This document shows, in pieces, positions 20,412 through 32,263 of a stretch of DNA of 64,000 bases; position 1 is the stretch's first letter, and each line of letters opens with the position of its first letter. The stretch covers positions 96,001 to 160,000 of the forward strand of contig CAWJRJ010000017.1 in assembly GCA_963845245.1 (NCBI GenBank), written 5' to 3'. Made by a program: the position numbers and the translations under genes. The DNA is from Nitrospirota bacterium. Its GTDB lineage: Bacteria; Nitrospirota; JACRHJ01. The notes beneath the pieces are model-generated. The model was not told the DNA's origin. It searched no databases and saw only the letters and a list, made by a program, of their open reading frames with translations.

Positions 20412-20561
20412 CACCTCAGTTTTCGATGCCAGAGACGTCTCAGTTAGAAAACTTAACGAGTCCGGTCACGTTAGCCGGCCAGGAAGCAAAAGGAGGTTGA
20501 TTAGACTTACCAGAGAATCAATCATCACAAAACTGACAAGAATAAGCTTGAAGGAGAATAA

Positions 20562-22229
20562 ATGATGTTTAGAAAAAAAATGCTTTTGGTAAGTACTTCT
20601 TTGTTGGCATTAACACTATTTGCGTTTGCACAGATGTCATACGCTGGAAGCGTCAACATCAGTTCCAGCTATGTCGTCTTTGCATGGAACGACCTGGGTA
20701 TGCACTGCCTGAACCCGACCTACGACAAGGCAGTCATCCTTCCGCCGTACAACGACCTTATCGTCCAGGTCGTCAAACGCGGTGACCCGCCGACCGTTGT
20801 CACGACCGGCCTGACCGTCTCATACCGTATAATCAACAATACCACTTCCGCGAACAAGGCGAGCTATGGCCAGTTCTGGACATATGCCACGAAGCTCTTC
20901 GGTATAGCCCTGCCGGTGAACACGGGTCTGAACCTGGTAGACCCCAACATACACAACGGCCTCACGGGCAACATGGTCGTGCACGGCACGCAGTTCGAGG
21001 CCGACGGCATACCGGCTACACCGGTTGACGACAAAGGCGTCTGGAACCCGTACCAGGTGGCCGAGATCACCGTAAAAGACAGCACGGGCAATATAGTGGC
21101 CCAGACGAGGACGACGATACCGACATCGGACGAGATCAACTGTGCCAAGTGCCACGGCACTACGGATACGTTTGGCGATATCCTCAGGAAGCACGACTCC
21201 ATGCACGGCACTAACCTCGCCAACCAGGCCCCGGTGCTCTGCTCAAGCTGCCATGCGGACCCGATACTTCACACTGTCAACGCAAACGGCGCGACAGGAT
21301 ATCTGTCCTCCGCAATGCATGGGTCGCACAGCACGAGGGGCGCTACTTGCTATGACTGCCATCCCGGAGACAAGACGCAGTGCAGCAGGAGCCTTGCCCA
21401 TACCGCAAGCGACGGCAACTGCACCACCTGCCACGGCGACATGGCGAACGTGGCCAACACCATTCTCACGGGCGGAAGGATACCCTGGCTGAACGAGCCC
21501 AAGTGCGTGACCTGCCATTCGGGCGTTGCCGAGGTTGACACGGGCACCACGCTCTACAGGAACGCGTTAGGCCACGGCGGGCTTCACTGCTCGTCATGCC
21601 ACGGCTCGCCGCATGCCATGGTCCCGTCCGCTCAGGCTTCCGATAACTACCAGTCCACCCAGTATCAGGGTGCGGTGAAGACGATAGGCAGTTGCGGCGC
21701 CTGCCATAGCAGCTCAAGGGGCGCTGGACTATCGGATTACCTGGAGGAGCACGGCTGGCTCACCCCGCAGAGGCAGAACGGTTGCAACATCTGCCATACG
21801 CAGATAACCTCGACCAATACGTCTAACTGGCCTCACCAGTACCAGTGGAAGGACAGCAATTCTACTTCCTCAGGCGGCAGCACCGGTGGTGATGGAGGCG
21901 GAACGGGCACCGTGTCGCCTGCCACCAGCGCCACCATCACCCCTTCAACTGGGACGGTCATCGTTGGCAAGTCGGTAACCTTTACCGCATCTGCCTCAGG
22001 CGGCTCCGGCACCTACGAGTACCAGTTCCTGCTCAGCGGGCCGGGCACCAGCGGCACCGTTGTCAAGCGCAGCTACTCGCAGACGAAGACCTGGTCCTGG
22101 ACGCCATCCAAATCCAACATCGGTGTGAACACCATAACCGTGCGGGCCAGGAACGTCGGCTCCACGGCTTCCTACGAGGCATCCAAATCCTGCCAGGTTA
22201 CGGTCAAGCGCTATAGCAGCAGCAACTAA
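20562..22229 (+). CDS. Secreted octaheme c-type cytochrome with C-terminal Ig/PKD-like domain
   Basis: Signal peptide; NDLGMHC motif; 8 CxxCH; Gly/Ser/Thr linker; beta-sandwich tail. Confidence 0.9.
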   Translation: MMFRKKMLLVSTSLLALTLFAFAQMSYAGSVNISSSYVVFAWNDLGMHCLNPTYDKAVILPPYNDLIVQVVKRGDPPTVVTTGLTVSYRIINNTTSANKASYGQFWTYATKLFGIALPVNTGLNLVDPNIHNGLTGNMVVHGTQFEADGIPATPVDDKGVWNPYQVAEITVKDSTGNIVAQTRTTIPTSDEINCAKCHGTTDTFGDILRKHDSMHGTNLANQAPVLCSSCHADPILHTVNANGATGYLSSAMHGSHSTRGATCYDCHPGDKTQCSRSLAHTASDGNCTTCHGDMANVANTILTGGRIPWLNEPKCVTCHSGVAEVDTGTTLYRNALGHGGLHCSSCHGSPHAMVPSAQASDNYQSTQYQGAVKTIGSCGACHSSSRGAGLSDYLEEHGWLTPQRQNGCNICHTQITSTNTSNWPHQYQWKDSNSTSSGGSTGGDGGGTGTVSPATSATITPSTGTVIVGKSVTFTASASGGSGTYEYQFLLSGPGTSGTVVKRSYSQTKTWSWTPSKSNIGVNTITVRARNVGSTASYEASKSCQVTVKRYSSSN

Positions 22230-22271
22230 GGTTAAACGCAGATTGCTATAAAGCGTGAAGTCTCGATTGAA

Positions 22272-22298
22272 AAGGGCCCGGCATTTGCCGGGCCCTTC
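22272..22298. terminator. Terminator between convergent genes
   Basis: aagggcccggc-attt-gccgggccctt. Confidence 0.8.
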
Positions 22299-22324
22299 TG
22301 TATATATATATCTGTTTTTAAAGC

Positions 22325-23075
22325 CTAATAGATATTTATCGTTGCGACAAAGGTAAGGTCCTGGTTCTTCCAGATGTCAGGCAGGGGGGTAAAAGGACTT
22401 GCATCAATGAGTACCTGCTTGACTTCATTATCAAGCTTCTCGTTCCCGGACGACCTGACTATCTCGATGCTTTCGAGTTCGCCGGACCTGATAGTAAACT
22501 CGACCGTAGGGTCGTTGAACCGGGAATTGGAATATTTGAGCAGGCTGTCCATCCGCCTGTCCATCAGCGATGAAAGCCTGGCCAGGTATGAATTTATAAG
22601 GTAGTCAGTTTGAAGCGTCTCCTCTATCTCCGCATAACGCATAAGGTCGGTCTTGCTGACCAGGTTCCGGGTGCAGCCCGATATGCCCTCCTTGTCGGCG
22701 GGGGATGTACCGTTTAACCCGCCTTCTGCCCGGCCTTCAGTTGCCGGTACCGGGGGCGGAGCCGGAGCCTGTTGTGCTTGCTTGGTTTTTTCAGGCACAG
22801 GGACGGTCAATTCCGTTGAAGGCGCTGGAGGATTCGATTCAACCTCTTTTACAGGTTCGGGCGGTTTGGCGGCAGGCGGTCCTGGGCGCCTCTTTTCGGG
22901 GCAAGCTGCGGCAAGGGTCTTTGGCGCCGCATAAACCGGTCCCGTGATCTCGACTACCAGCGGCTCTTTTTCCTGTCTATTTGGGCGTCCGAAGTCGGAG
23001 AACCCCGATAAAACAAGGAGCAGATGGATAATCAGGGAGATAAGCAGAAAGTTGTATAATAGATTTCTTTTTCAT
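22325..23075 (-). CDS. TonB/TolA-family energy transducer (one extra A just after ATG)
   Basis: Removing one A from ATGAAAAAGA gives MKRNLLYNFLLISLIIHLLLV (SxxxH TM), a Pro-rich linker and a TonB_C domain (RSSGNEKLD..ASPFTPLP). Confidence 0.75.
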
Positions 23076-23145
23076 AATCGCTAAAAACTCAAAAATACTT
23101 CCCCATCTCCCATTCCGTGAACCAGTCTGGGTGATGGGTTAAGTC

Positions 23146-23724
23146 CTATTTCGTCACGATCTCCTTGCCCGCCTCGTAGGCCTCGCTGAGCGCGGTCGGG
23201 TGGTCCTTTATGACGCCCTTGTCGTCGATGCTGTTGTAGAGCAGGTTCTTGTAATATACAACGCCTATAGCGTCGTAGAAGAACCTCATCGTGAACATTG
23301 CGCCGTCGAAGGCCTTCTTCACTTTTGAGCCGGCTGTCGAGATGAAAACGCCGCGCCGCGTGATGTTGCCGCGATATTCCGAGACCGGGTCGTTCAGGAT
23401 GTATTTCTTCGCCCAGTAGCACTGGCACCGGTCGACCAGCGTCTTGGCCCAGGCGGAGATGCCCATGAAGTATATGGGCGACGCCACTACGATATGGTCT
23501 GCCTCCATGATCTTGTCATAGATGGCCTGGAACCCGTCATCCACCTCGCAGCGGCCGGTCTTGAAGCACTTGTTGCATGAGATACAGGGGTCGAAGCGTA
23601 CCTTGCTGAGGTTTATTATCTCCGTCTCGGCCCCGGCCTCTTTGGCGCCCTTCATTAATTCCTTCAGAAGCAGATCCGTGTTTCCGTTAGCCCGCGGGCT
23701 TCCCGAGAATCCCAATACTTTCAC
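23146..23724 (-). CDS. Iron-sulfur flavoprotein / NADPH-dependent FMN reductase family
   Basis: GSPRANGNT, CISCNKCFKTGRC, ASPIYF. Confidence 0.88.
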   Translation of the reverse strand: MKVLGFSGSPRANGNTDLLLKELMKGAKEAGAETEIINLSKVRFDPCISCNKCFKTGRCEVDDGFQAIYDKIMEADHIVVASPIYFMGISAWAKTLVDRCQCYWAKKYILNDPVSEYRGNITRRGVFISTAGSKVKKAFDGAMFTMRFFYDAIGVVYYKNLLYNSIDDKGVIKDHPTALSEAYEAGKEIVTK

Positions 23725-23733
23725 GGTGACCTC

Positions 23734-24084
23734 CTACTTTTTAATGAACGACCTCATATAGAGCGCTATAGACTGTATTTCAACAGAGTCCTCCGGCAGG
23801 GCCTTCCCCTTCAGAGTGCTCTGTATGCAGATGTTGATCGCCTGTTCAAGCGTCTTCGCGTTTCCGCCGAACCATGTGCTTTTTGAAGCCAGGACACCAA
23901 GTTTCCGCTCCGACTGGTGGCAGGTAGAGCAGCTCTTGCCGTTTGTGCCGAGCGACGTGCTTGCGAACAGGGTCTTGCCAAGCTCGGCCGAAGGCTTTGA
24001 ATCAGCGGCATGCGCAAAGTGAGAGGAGAGAAGGAGTGCTGTAACAAAACCGAACCCTGCAAGTATTGCAAATGCCCGTTTCAT
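23734..24084 (-). CDS. Periplasmic monoheme cytochrome c
   Basis: Signal peptide; LGTNGKSCSTCH; downstream INIC. Confidence 0.8.
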   Translation of the reverse strand: MKRAFAILAGFGFVTALLLSSHFAHAADSKPSAELGKTLFASTSLGTNGKSCSTCHQSERKLGVLASKSTWFGGNAKTLEQAINICIQSTLKGKALPEDSVEIQSIALYMRSFIKK

Positions 24085-24112
24085 GTTTCCTCCTGTTGTT
24101 TGGACTAGGTGC

Positions 24113-25021
24113 CTATGGGTTGCATTTCCCGCAGATGGACTTGAAAAGCGTAGTACTGAGGTATCTGTCGCCCCTGTCGGGGAACAGCGTTACTATGCTG
24201 CCGGACGACATGGTGCCGGCAAGTGCTATAGCGCCCGCCAGCGCGGCCCCGCTAGACATGCCCACGAACAGGCCTTCTTTCAGGGCAAGTGCGCGCGCGG
24301 CGTCGTATGCCGTCTCGTCGTCTATGGTTATCTTGTCGTCCAGGTTTGCCGGGTTGAATATGCCCGGGACTATCGCCTCTTTCATGTTCTTGAGGCCCTG
24401 TATCTTATGTCCTTTTATTGGCTCCACGCCGACGACCTTTATTGAAGAAGAATATTCCTTCAGACGCCTGCCGACGCCCATGATGGTGCCGGTCGTCCCG
24501 ATGCCCGCAACGAAGGCTGCGATCTCGCCGCCGGTCTGTCTCAGTATCTCCGGCCCGGTAGTCTCGTAATGCGCCATCACGTTGTACTGGTTCTCGAACT
24601 GGTTCGGCATGTAATATATCTCGGGCGACTCCTCATGTATCTTGCGCGCCATAAGTATCGCGCCGTCCGTCCCTTGCTCCGCGGGGGTGAGCACTATCTC
24701 CGCTCCGAGCGCTTCGAGGATGCTCCTTCGTTCCATCGAAACGCACGCAGGCATGGTGAGCTTCAGCCGGTACCCTCTCGCCGCGGCCACCATCGCGAGC
24801 CCTATGCCGGTGTTGCCGGAGGTCGCTTCGAGTATTATCTTCTCGCGTGTGAGAAGCCCCTGCTCCTCGGCCATCTTTACCATATAGAAGGCTGGGCGGT
24901 CCTTGACCGAGCCGCCGGGGTTCGACCCTTCGAGTTTCGCGAAGATCCGGACTTTTTTGTTCGGGTTTATGTTCTTTATCTCGACAAGTGGCGTGTTGCC
25001 GATTGACGAAAGTACTCCCAT
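24113..25021 (-). CDS. cysM: Cysteine synthase (CysM-like PLP enzyme)
   Basis: NPGGSVKDR, ATSGNTG, GIGTTGT, DRGDRYLST; C-terminal CGKC. Confidence 0.88.
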   Translation of the reverse strand: MGVLSSIGNTPLVEIKNINPNKKVRIFAKLEGSNPGGSVKDRPAFYMVKMAEEQGLLTREKIILEATSGNTGIGLAMVAAARGYRLKLTMPACVSMERRSILEALGAEIVLTPAEQGTDGAILMARKIHEESPEIYYMPNQFENQYNVMAHYETTGPEILRQTGGEIAAFVAGIGTTGTIMGVGRRLKEYSSSIKVVGVEPIKGHKIQGLKNMKEAIVPGIFNPANLDDKITIDDETAYDAARALALKEGLFVGMSSGAALAGAIALAGTMSSGSIVTLFPDRGDRYLSTTLFKSICGKCNP

Positions 25022-25135
25022 CAGGTCTCCCGTAAGATGTTTATTATTTAATACTTTACGATATCAGTATAATTTTTAAGAGATAAACTGTCAACTGTTA
25101 TTGCTTGGGGCGCATATATGGGGTAAAATGCCCCA

Positions 25136-25885
25136 ATGGACAAAAAACCGCTTAAACTTGATTTCCATGTGCACACCTCAGACGACGTATTCGACAACAT
25201 CCCGCATGGCCCGGAACAGCTTGTCGACGAGATGGTCAGGAGGGGGTTCGACGGGTTCGCGGTAACGAACCACGACCACCACATAATCAGCGACAGGCTG
25301 TTCGGTTACGCAAAAGAGCGCGGCCTGCTGATAATACCGGGCATGGAGCTTACATACCTGCGTCAGCACATAGTATTGCTGAACTTTCGCGAGCCGGACA
25401 AGGTAAAGACCCCTGCCGACATAATCAGGGACAAGGGGGAGGCCAACCTCGTCATGGCGGCCCATCCGTACTTTCCCTGGGCCCCGAGCTGCGGCAAGCT
25501 CTTGGACGCCCGCCCCGAGCTGTTCGACGCAATAGAGTTCTGCCACCTCTACAACTGGCTGATCAATTTCAACAGGAAGGCGGTTTTAAAGGCTGAAGAG
25601 CTTGGCCTGCCGCTCCTGGGCACATCAGATGCGCACACACTCCTGCAGATAGGCTATACCTATACTATGGTGGATGCCGAGAAAGATGTCGAGGCGATAA
25701 TCGCCGCGATCAAGGCCGGGAAATCCAGGCTTGTCACCAGCCCCTTCAACTTTTTTGATTTCGCAAGGGTGATCGCATATATGAGGCTTGGAGGATTTAA
25801 AGAGGTACTTTGGCAGGGGACCTGCCTGAGCAACAATGTTTTTTACATTTTAAAGAAGTCGTGTTATAATCCACCTCTCCGATAG
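25136..25885 (+). CDS. PHP-domain metallophosphoesterase-like protein
   Basis: DFHVHT, VTNHD, PGME, AHPY, SDAH motifs. Confidence 0.85.
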   Translation: MDKKPLKLDFHVHTSDDVFDNIPHGPEQLVDEMVRRGFDGFAVTNHDHHIISDRLFGYAKERGLLIIPGMELTYLRQHIVLLNFREPDKVKTPADIIRDKGEANLVMAAHPYFPWAPSCGKLLDARPELFDAIEFCHLYNWLINFNRKAVLKAEELGLPLLGTSDAHTLLQIGYTYTMVDAEKDVEAIIAAIKAGKSRLVTSPFNFFDFARVIAYMRLGGFKEVLWQGTCLSNNVFYILKKSCYNPPLR

Positions 25886-25912
25886 ACCCTAGAAACAATC
25901 CTAGCTTCTTTA

Positions 25913-27335
25913 ATGAAGGAGCCCAGCAGTTTGACTAGCCAGGCCTTCCCACGTATTACCATATCTGCGCCGCACCGGAGTTCAGGCAAGAGCACCGTAA
26001 CGATAGGCCTCTGTGCCGCGCTTTCTTCCCGCGGCCTGAAGGTGCAGCCCTTCAAAAAAGGTCCGGACTTTATCGACCCCATGTGGCATGAGGCCGCATC
26101 CGGCACGGCAGTCCAGAAACCTCGACATATTCATGATGGGTGCGGAAAACGTCCTGGGCAGCTTCCTGCGCCATGCGCCTGGCTCCGATATAAGCATTAT
26201 AGAAGGCAACATGGGCCTCTATGACGGCATGGACCTTGAGGGCTCCGACTCGACGGCCGGGCTGGCCAGGCTGCTTAAGTCCCCGGTCGTACTGGTCATA
26301 GACTGCTCCGGGATGACGAGGGGCATCGCGCCGCTTGTGAAAGGCTTCGAGACGTTCGAGCCGGGCACGGAAGTCAAGGGCGTGATACTGAACAGGGTAA
26401 GGGGCGCAAGGCACGAAAAGAAGCTCCGCGACGCCATCGAGAGGTACTGCGACGCAAGGGTCCTTGGCGCACTGCCTTTCGAGGAGGACATGGGGATTGC
26501 CATGCGCCACCTGGGCCTTGTCCCCTTGAAGGAGGACAGGGGCCTTTCTCCGGCGATAGATGTCATGGCGAGGGTCATCGGCGAGAACCTGGACCTGGAC
26601 TCGCTTATTAGACATAGCCAGGTCCGCCCCAGCCCTTGAGCATAAGGTCGAGCCCGTAAGTATTATACCCGAGCCGGTCGTCAGGATAGGCGTTGCCATG
26701 GACCGCGCCTTCACGTTCTACTATCCCGGACAACCTGGAGGCGCTTAAAGAGGCCGGGGCGGAGATCGTGCCGTTCTCGCCCCTGACCGACCAAAAACTC
26801 CCGGATGTTGACGGTCTCTATATAGGTGGCGGGTTCCCGGAGGTGCACATGGAGGCGCTGGAGAAGAATTCCTCCATGAGGGAGTCGGTAAGGAATGCCG
26901 CTGAGTCCGGTATGCCGGTCTACGCCGAGTGCGGGGGGTTGATGTACCTCTGCCGCAGCATATCATGGGACGGGAAGACTTGCGGCATGGCCGGGGTCTT
27001 CCCCCACGATGTAAAGATGTCAAACCGGCCAGCCGGCCACGGTTATGTAATATTGAACCCCACCGGGGCCGGGCCCTCTGGCCGAAATGGACGGCCCTAT
27101 CAGGGCGCACGAGTTCCACCACTCCAGCATAGAGTTGGCCCCCGGCGCGGAGTTCGCGTTCACCCTTGAGCGCGGCAAGGGTATAGACGGGGTCCATGAC
27201 GGGTTGTTATACAAAAACGTCCTTGCAGGATATACCCATATACACATCCTGGGGGCTCCTCAGTGGGCCTCTAAATTAGTAAAATTTATTAATAGTTATA
27301 CCAAAAAAAACCTCTTGACAAACCAAAAGTCTTAA
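25913..27335 (+). CDS. dsrN: DsrN (cobyrinate a,c-diamide synthase family, siroamide synthesis); four frameshifts near 26106, 26603, 26727 and 27075
   Basis: [54 protein letters not shown] spread over consecutive frames; directly upstream of dsrC. Confidence 0.85.
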
Positions 27336-27343
27336 TTTAATAT
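27315..27343 (+). promoter_or_regulatory. Sigma70 promoter of the dsrC operon
   Basis: TTGACA-17 nt-TAATAT, preceded by an A-tract. Confidence 0.7.
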
Positions 27344-27595
27344 AACGCTGTTTTAAAAACGAATACAGCTCTTTGGCAACGTATTTTCCGGACTAAATAT
27401 TTCGGTTGCAAGCACTGGGGGAGGGGATAAGAGCCTCTGCCGCATCTGTAGCATGCCGTTTGTTTTATATGCACTTCCGAGTTTTACCTGTTAAGGTCCG
27501 GTTTTAAAATCTACATATCTTTTAGGTGCACAGGGGTCAGTTGGGGCGTCTGTGATGTTTGCAGGATAACTATCTCTTTTAAGGAGGGTTGTAAG

Positions 27596-27931
27596 ATGCC
27601 GAGCTTAGAATACAAAGGCAAAACTTACGAAGTGGACGAGGACGGGTATTTGTTGAACCTTGATGAGTGGAACGAGGATATTGCAGGCTTCCTCGCGGAG
27701 CAGGAAGAAGTCGAGATGACCCCCGCCCATTGGGAAGTCGTCAACTTCCTCAGGGACTACTATGCCGAGTACAAGATCGCTCCCATGATCAAGATACTCG
27801 TCAAGGCCATCGGCCAGAAGCTCGGGCCAGAGAAGGGCAACACCAAGTACCTCTACGAGCTTTACCCGGCTGGCCCTGCAAAGCAGGCCTGCAAGATCGC
27901 CGGACTTCCTAAGCCGACAGGCTGCGTCTAA
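27596..27931 (+). CDS. dsrC: Sulfur carrier DsrC
   Basis: Both conserved C-terminal Cys: QACKIAGLPKPTGCV. Confidence 0.97.
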   Translation: MPSLEYKGKTYEVDEDGYLLNLDEWNEDIAGFLAEQEEVEMTPAHWEVVNFLRDYYAEYKIAPMIKILVKAIGQKLGPEKGNTKYLYELYPAGPAKQACKIAGLPKPTGCV

Positions 27932-27946
27932 CCACCAAGACGGTCT

Positions 27947-27978
27947 GTTGCCGGCCGGGCTCCCGCCCGGCCGGCAAC
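27947..27978 (+). other. Perfect 14-bp hairpin between dsrC and dsrM (no U-tract)
   Basis: gttgccggccgggc-tccc-gcccggccggcaac. Confidence 0.85.
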
Positions 27979-28012
27979 TCATATATCTACATATGAGAAG
28001 GAAGGGAGATCG

Positions 28013-28750
28013 ATGGAATTTTCGGTGTTGCTTTCAATTATTTTCACGGCCATGGCTTACGGTGCCGGGTTAATATTAGTCTTCGGCTTTTTCTCCAAAG
28101 TAACAAAATACGCCAAGACCCCGTCCCCCTTAAAGATACCGACCACACCCGCACCGACCACCGGTGCCGGAGTTGTATTAAGGGTATTCAACGACGTCGT
28201 TTTTTTCAACAGCCTGTTCAAGGGCAACAAGTGGACATGGTTCGGCGGCGTGGTCTTTCACTGGTCATTCCTCTTCGTAATAATCAGACATCTACGATAT
28301 TTCATTTACCCGGTACCGGCATGGGTCATGAGCATGCAGAATATAGGCATATACGCGGGCTATGTGCTCCCGGTTGCCGTTTTGTACCTGCTCATGAGGA
28401 GGACCACAGTCGACAGGACGGTCTTCATCTCCTCGCTCCCGGACTACTTCGTTTTGGCGCTTATATTCGGGATAGCCACTACCGGCATCCTTATGAAATA
28501 TTATGTCAGGCCGTTCATGGTCGACGTCAAGGGCTTTGTCTTCGGTCTGGTGACCGGAAACTTCTCAGTCGTCCCCCTGGATCCGGTCTTCCTGCTGCAC
28601 TTGACCCTTGTATCATTGCTTCTGGTCTACTTCCCGTTCAGCAAGCTTATGCATGCGGGCGGTATCTTCTTCAGCCCGACCAGAACCCAGGTAGACAACT
28701 CGAGAGAGAAGAAACACGTTAACCCCTGGTCAACAAACCTGAGCGCGTAA
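28013..28750 (+). CDS. dsrM: DsrM membrane cytochrome b (NarI family), short form
   Basis: PLKIPTTPAP, FHWS..RHLRYF, HL..FPFSKLMHAGG.F.SPTR. Confidence 0.93.
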   Translation: MEFSVLLSIIFTAMAYGAGLILVFGFFSKVTKYAKTPSPLKIPTTPAPTTGAGVVLRVFNDVVFFNSLFKGNKWTWFGGVVFHWSFLFVIIRHLRYFIYPVPAWVMSMQNIGIYAGYVLPVAVLYLLMRRTTVDRTVFISSLPDYFVLALIFGIATTGILMKYYVRPFMVDVKGFVFGLVTGNFSVVPLDPVFLLHLTLVSLLLVYFPFSKLMHAGGIFFSPTRTQVDNSREKKHVNPWSTNLSA

Positions 28751-28761
28751 GGAGAAAAAAA

Positions 28762-30272
<1,511 letters not shown>

Positions 30273-30273
<1 letters not shown>

Positions 30274-30572
30274 TGAGGACTACTTTGAACCTGATACTGG
30301 CCTCGTTCCTCTTCCTTGTCCTCCTTGGCGGTTGCCAGAAGGTCGCCAAGCCCGAACTGAAAGGCAAGGGACCGCTTGCATTGAAGCTCCCCGAGGGGAT
30401 ACTGTCTCCGGAATACCACCAGCCGGTGGAGTACTGGAAGCAGCACCATATGGACATCCTCCTCAGGGGCGATTACAGCAAGCAGGAGTGCATGCTCTGC
30501 CACGACGTTCACACATCCTGCAATAATTGCCATGATTACGTGGGCGTGAAAAGAGTCGAGGGTTACGAATAA
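30273..30572 (+). CDS. Truncated diheme DsrJ-like lipoprotein cytochrome c
   Basis: TAATG coupling to dsrK; lipobox LGGC; HMDIL, CMLCH, CNNCHDYVGV. Confidence 0.75.
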
Positions 30573-30614
30573 AAGACGCAAAGGTCTTTAATCCAGAGAC
30601 AGGAGCCTTTATAA

Positions 30615-31091
30615 ATGGAAGAGAAGAAAGAAACTACCGAAGCTATACACGAAGAAGCCCACGGCGGCGGTAAGCAACTTACCAACCGCAGACAGTTCCT
30701 GGGGGCCTTCGCAGGTATCGTGGGCGCAGTCGGGGCCGGCATCGTCGGCGTACCCTTGCTGGCCTCCTTCAAGCCGGTCCAGAGGGGCAAGCCGGAGCCT
30801 GCCGTCCTCAACCTGGATGACATTCCGGTTGACGGCTTTGTTCAGGGCGTTTTTGCCGGCATCCCGTTCCTGGCCTTTAACAGGAAGGCTGGTTTTGAGT
30901 GTATTTCGCTCAAGTGTTCTCACCTTGGATGCCTGGTGAAATGGACCGAAGCTGAAAAGAAGTTCAAATGCCCCTGCCACGACGGCTGGTTCGACGAGCA
31001 CGGCATAAACAAGGGCGGACCGCCTCCCGCGCCGCTCGATAAACTCGAGTTCAAGATTGCCGGCGACAAGCTGATAGTTGGAGGTGCATAG
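30615..31091 (+). CDS. Rieske [2Fe-2S] subunit of a Rieske/cytochrome b complex
   Basis: Tat-like NRRQFL plus TM helix; CSHLGC and CPCHDG; GPPPAPL. Confidence 0.93.
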   Translation: MEEKKETTEAIHEEAHGGGKQLTNRRQFLGAFAGIVGAVGAGIVGVPLLASFKPVQRGKPEPAVLNLDDIPVDGFVQGVFAGIPFLAFNRKAGFECISLKCSHLGCLVKWTEAEKKFKCPCHDGWFDEHGINKGGPPPAPLDKLEFKIAGDKLIVGGA

Positions 31092-31750
31092 TGATAAACA
31101 AGATAATAGAGTGGGTTGACTCAAGGACCGGCATCAAGGAACTCCTTGATGACGAGGTGTTCTCCAAAAAGGCACCGAAGATCGGCAAGTGGTACGAGTT
31201 CTTCGGCTGCTTCGGAGGTATGTCACTTATCCTGTTCATAATACAGGTGCTGACTGGCACGTTCCTCCTCATATACTACACCCCGTCGCCTACGGAGGCA
31301 TTCTCAAGCGTCGTGTTCATTGACAACGGCGTCGTCTTCGGCTGGCTGTTCAGGAGGATCCACGCGGTCGGCGCGAACGTCATGATACTGCTGGTCATGA
31401 TACACATGATCAAGGTGATAATCACAGGCGCGTACAAGGCGCCGAGGGAGTTCCACTGGATATCCGGGTTCGTCCTTCTGATGCTCACAATGGTCATGGG
31501 CATCTCCGGCTACCTGCTACCCTGGACGCAGCTTTCATTCTGGGCGGTCACGGTCCTCACGACCTCGTTCTCCGTCATGCCGGTCATAGGCCCGGACATG
31601 ATGAAGATAATCAGGGGCGCGGACGCGGTCAGCGGGGCGACGCTCGGCAGGTTCTTTGCGTTGCACCTTTTCCTGCCGGTCGTAATGTCAGCATTCCTGG
31701 GTTTCCATTTCATGATGATCAAGAAGTCCGGCATCCAGGAAAATCTCTAG
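31091..31750 (+). CDS. Cytochrome b6-like N-terminal subunit
   Basis: Four heme His ligands (RIHA, IHM, LHL, FHF); GYLLPW; GCFGG at the heme ci Cys position; GTG start. Confidence 0.93.
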   Translation: MINKIIEWVDSRTGIKELLDDEVFSKKAPKIGKWYEFFGCFGGMSLILFIIQVLTGTFLLIYYTPSPTEAFSSVVFIDNGVVFGWLFRRIHAVGANVMILLVMIHMIKVIITGAYKAPREFHWISGFVLLMLTMVMGISGYLLPWTQLSFWAVTVLTTSFSVMPVIGPDMMKIIRGADAVSGATLGRFFALHLFLPVVMSAFLGFHFMMIKKSGIQENL

Positions 31751-31768
31751 AAGAGGGGTGACAAGAGG

Positions 31769-32197
31769 ATGAAATACAATAAAAGCAATTGGAAAGGCGA
31801 GCTTGAGCCGTTCTTTCCAAACGATGTGATAGACAAGGGTGTAATCGTAAGCATAGTGCTGGGTGTGTTCCTTCTAATAGCCTTCTTCTACCCGGGGCTG
31901 TTTCTGCCGCCGGAGATGCCGGCTGATTCCACGAACACCCCGCTGGCGGTCAAGCCCGAGTGGTACTTCCTCGCGGCGTACCAGACTCTCAAGCTGTTCC
32001 CGACCAAGTATTTTGGAGATGCGGCGGAGCTTTTGGGCATGGGCGTGCAGATGATAGCCATAACCGGCCTGTTCCTGCTGCCGTTCCTGGACAGGTCTCC
32101 TGAGAAGAGCTGGAAGCGCAGGCCTACGTTCCGCATGGCTGTATATGGAGGCCTGATCGTCTTCGTGGGCCTGACCATCTGGGGGCATTACTCGTAA
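31769..32197 (+). CDS. Cytochrome b subunit IV
   Basis: PFFPN, Qo-site KPEWYF, LLPFLDR; three TM helices. Confidence 0.92.
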   Translation: MKYNKSNWKGELEPFFPNDVIDKGVIVSIVLGVFLLIAFFYPGLFLPPEMPADSTNTPLAVKPEWYFLAAYQTLKLFPTKYFGDAAELLGMGVQMIAITGLFLLPFLDRSPEKSWKRRPTFRMAVYGGLIVFVGLTIWGHYS

Positions 32198-32263
32198 GAG
32201 ACCGCGGACAAACCCGTATAAAGGGAACGATAAATCTTTAGACGATTTCACAAGGAGAGTACC

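Noticed and set aside
20420..20500. Possible c-di-GMP/cGAMP riboswitch upstream of the octaheme cytochrome
   Set aside because: Small hairpins are present but I could not match the GEMM consensus; an Infernal/Rfam search would be needed.
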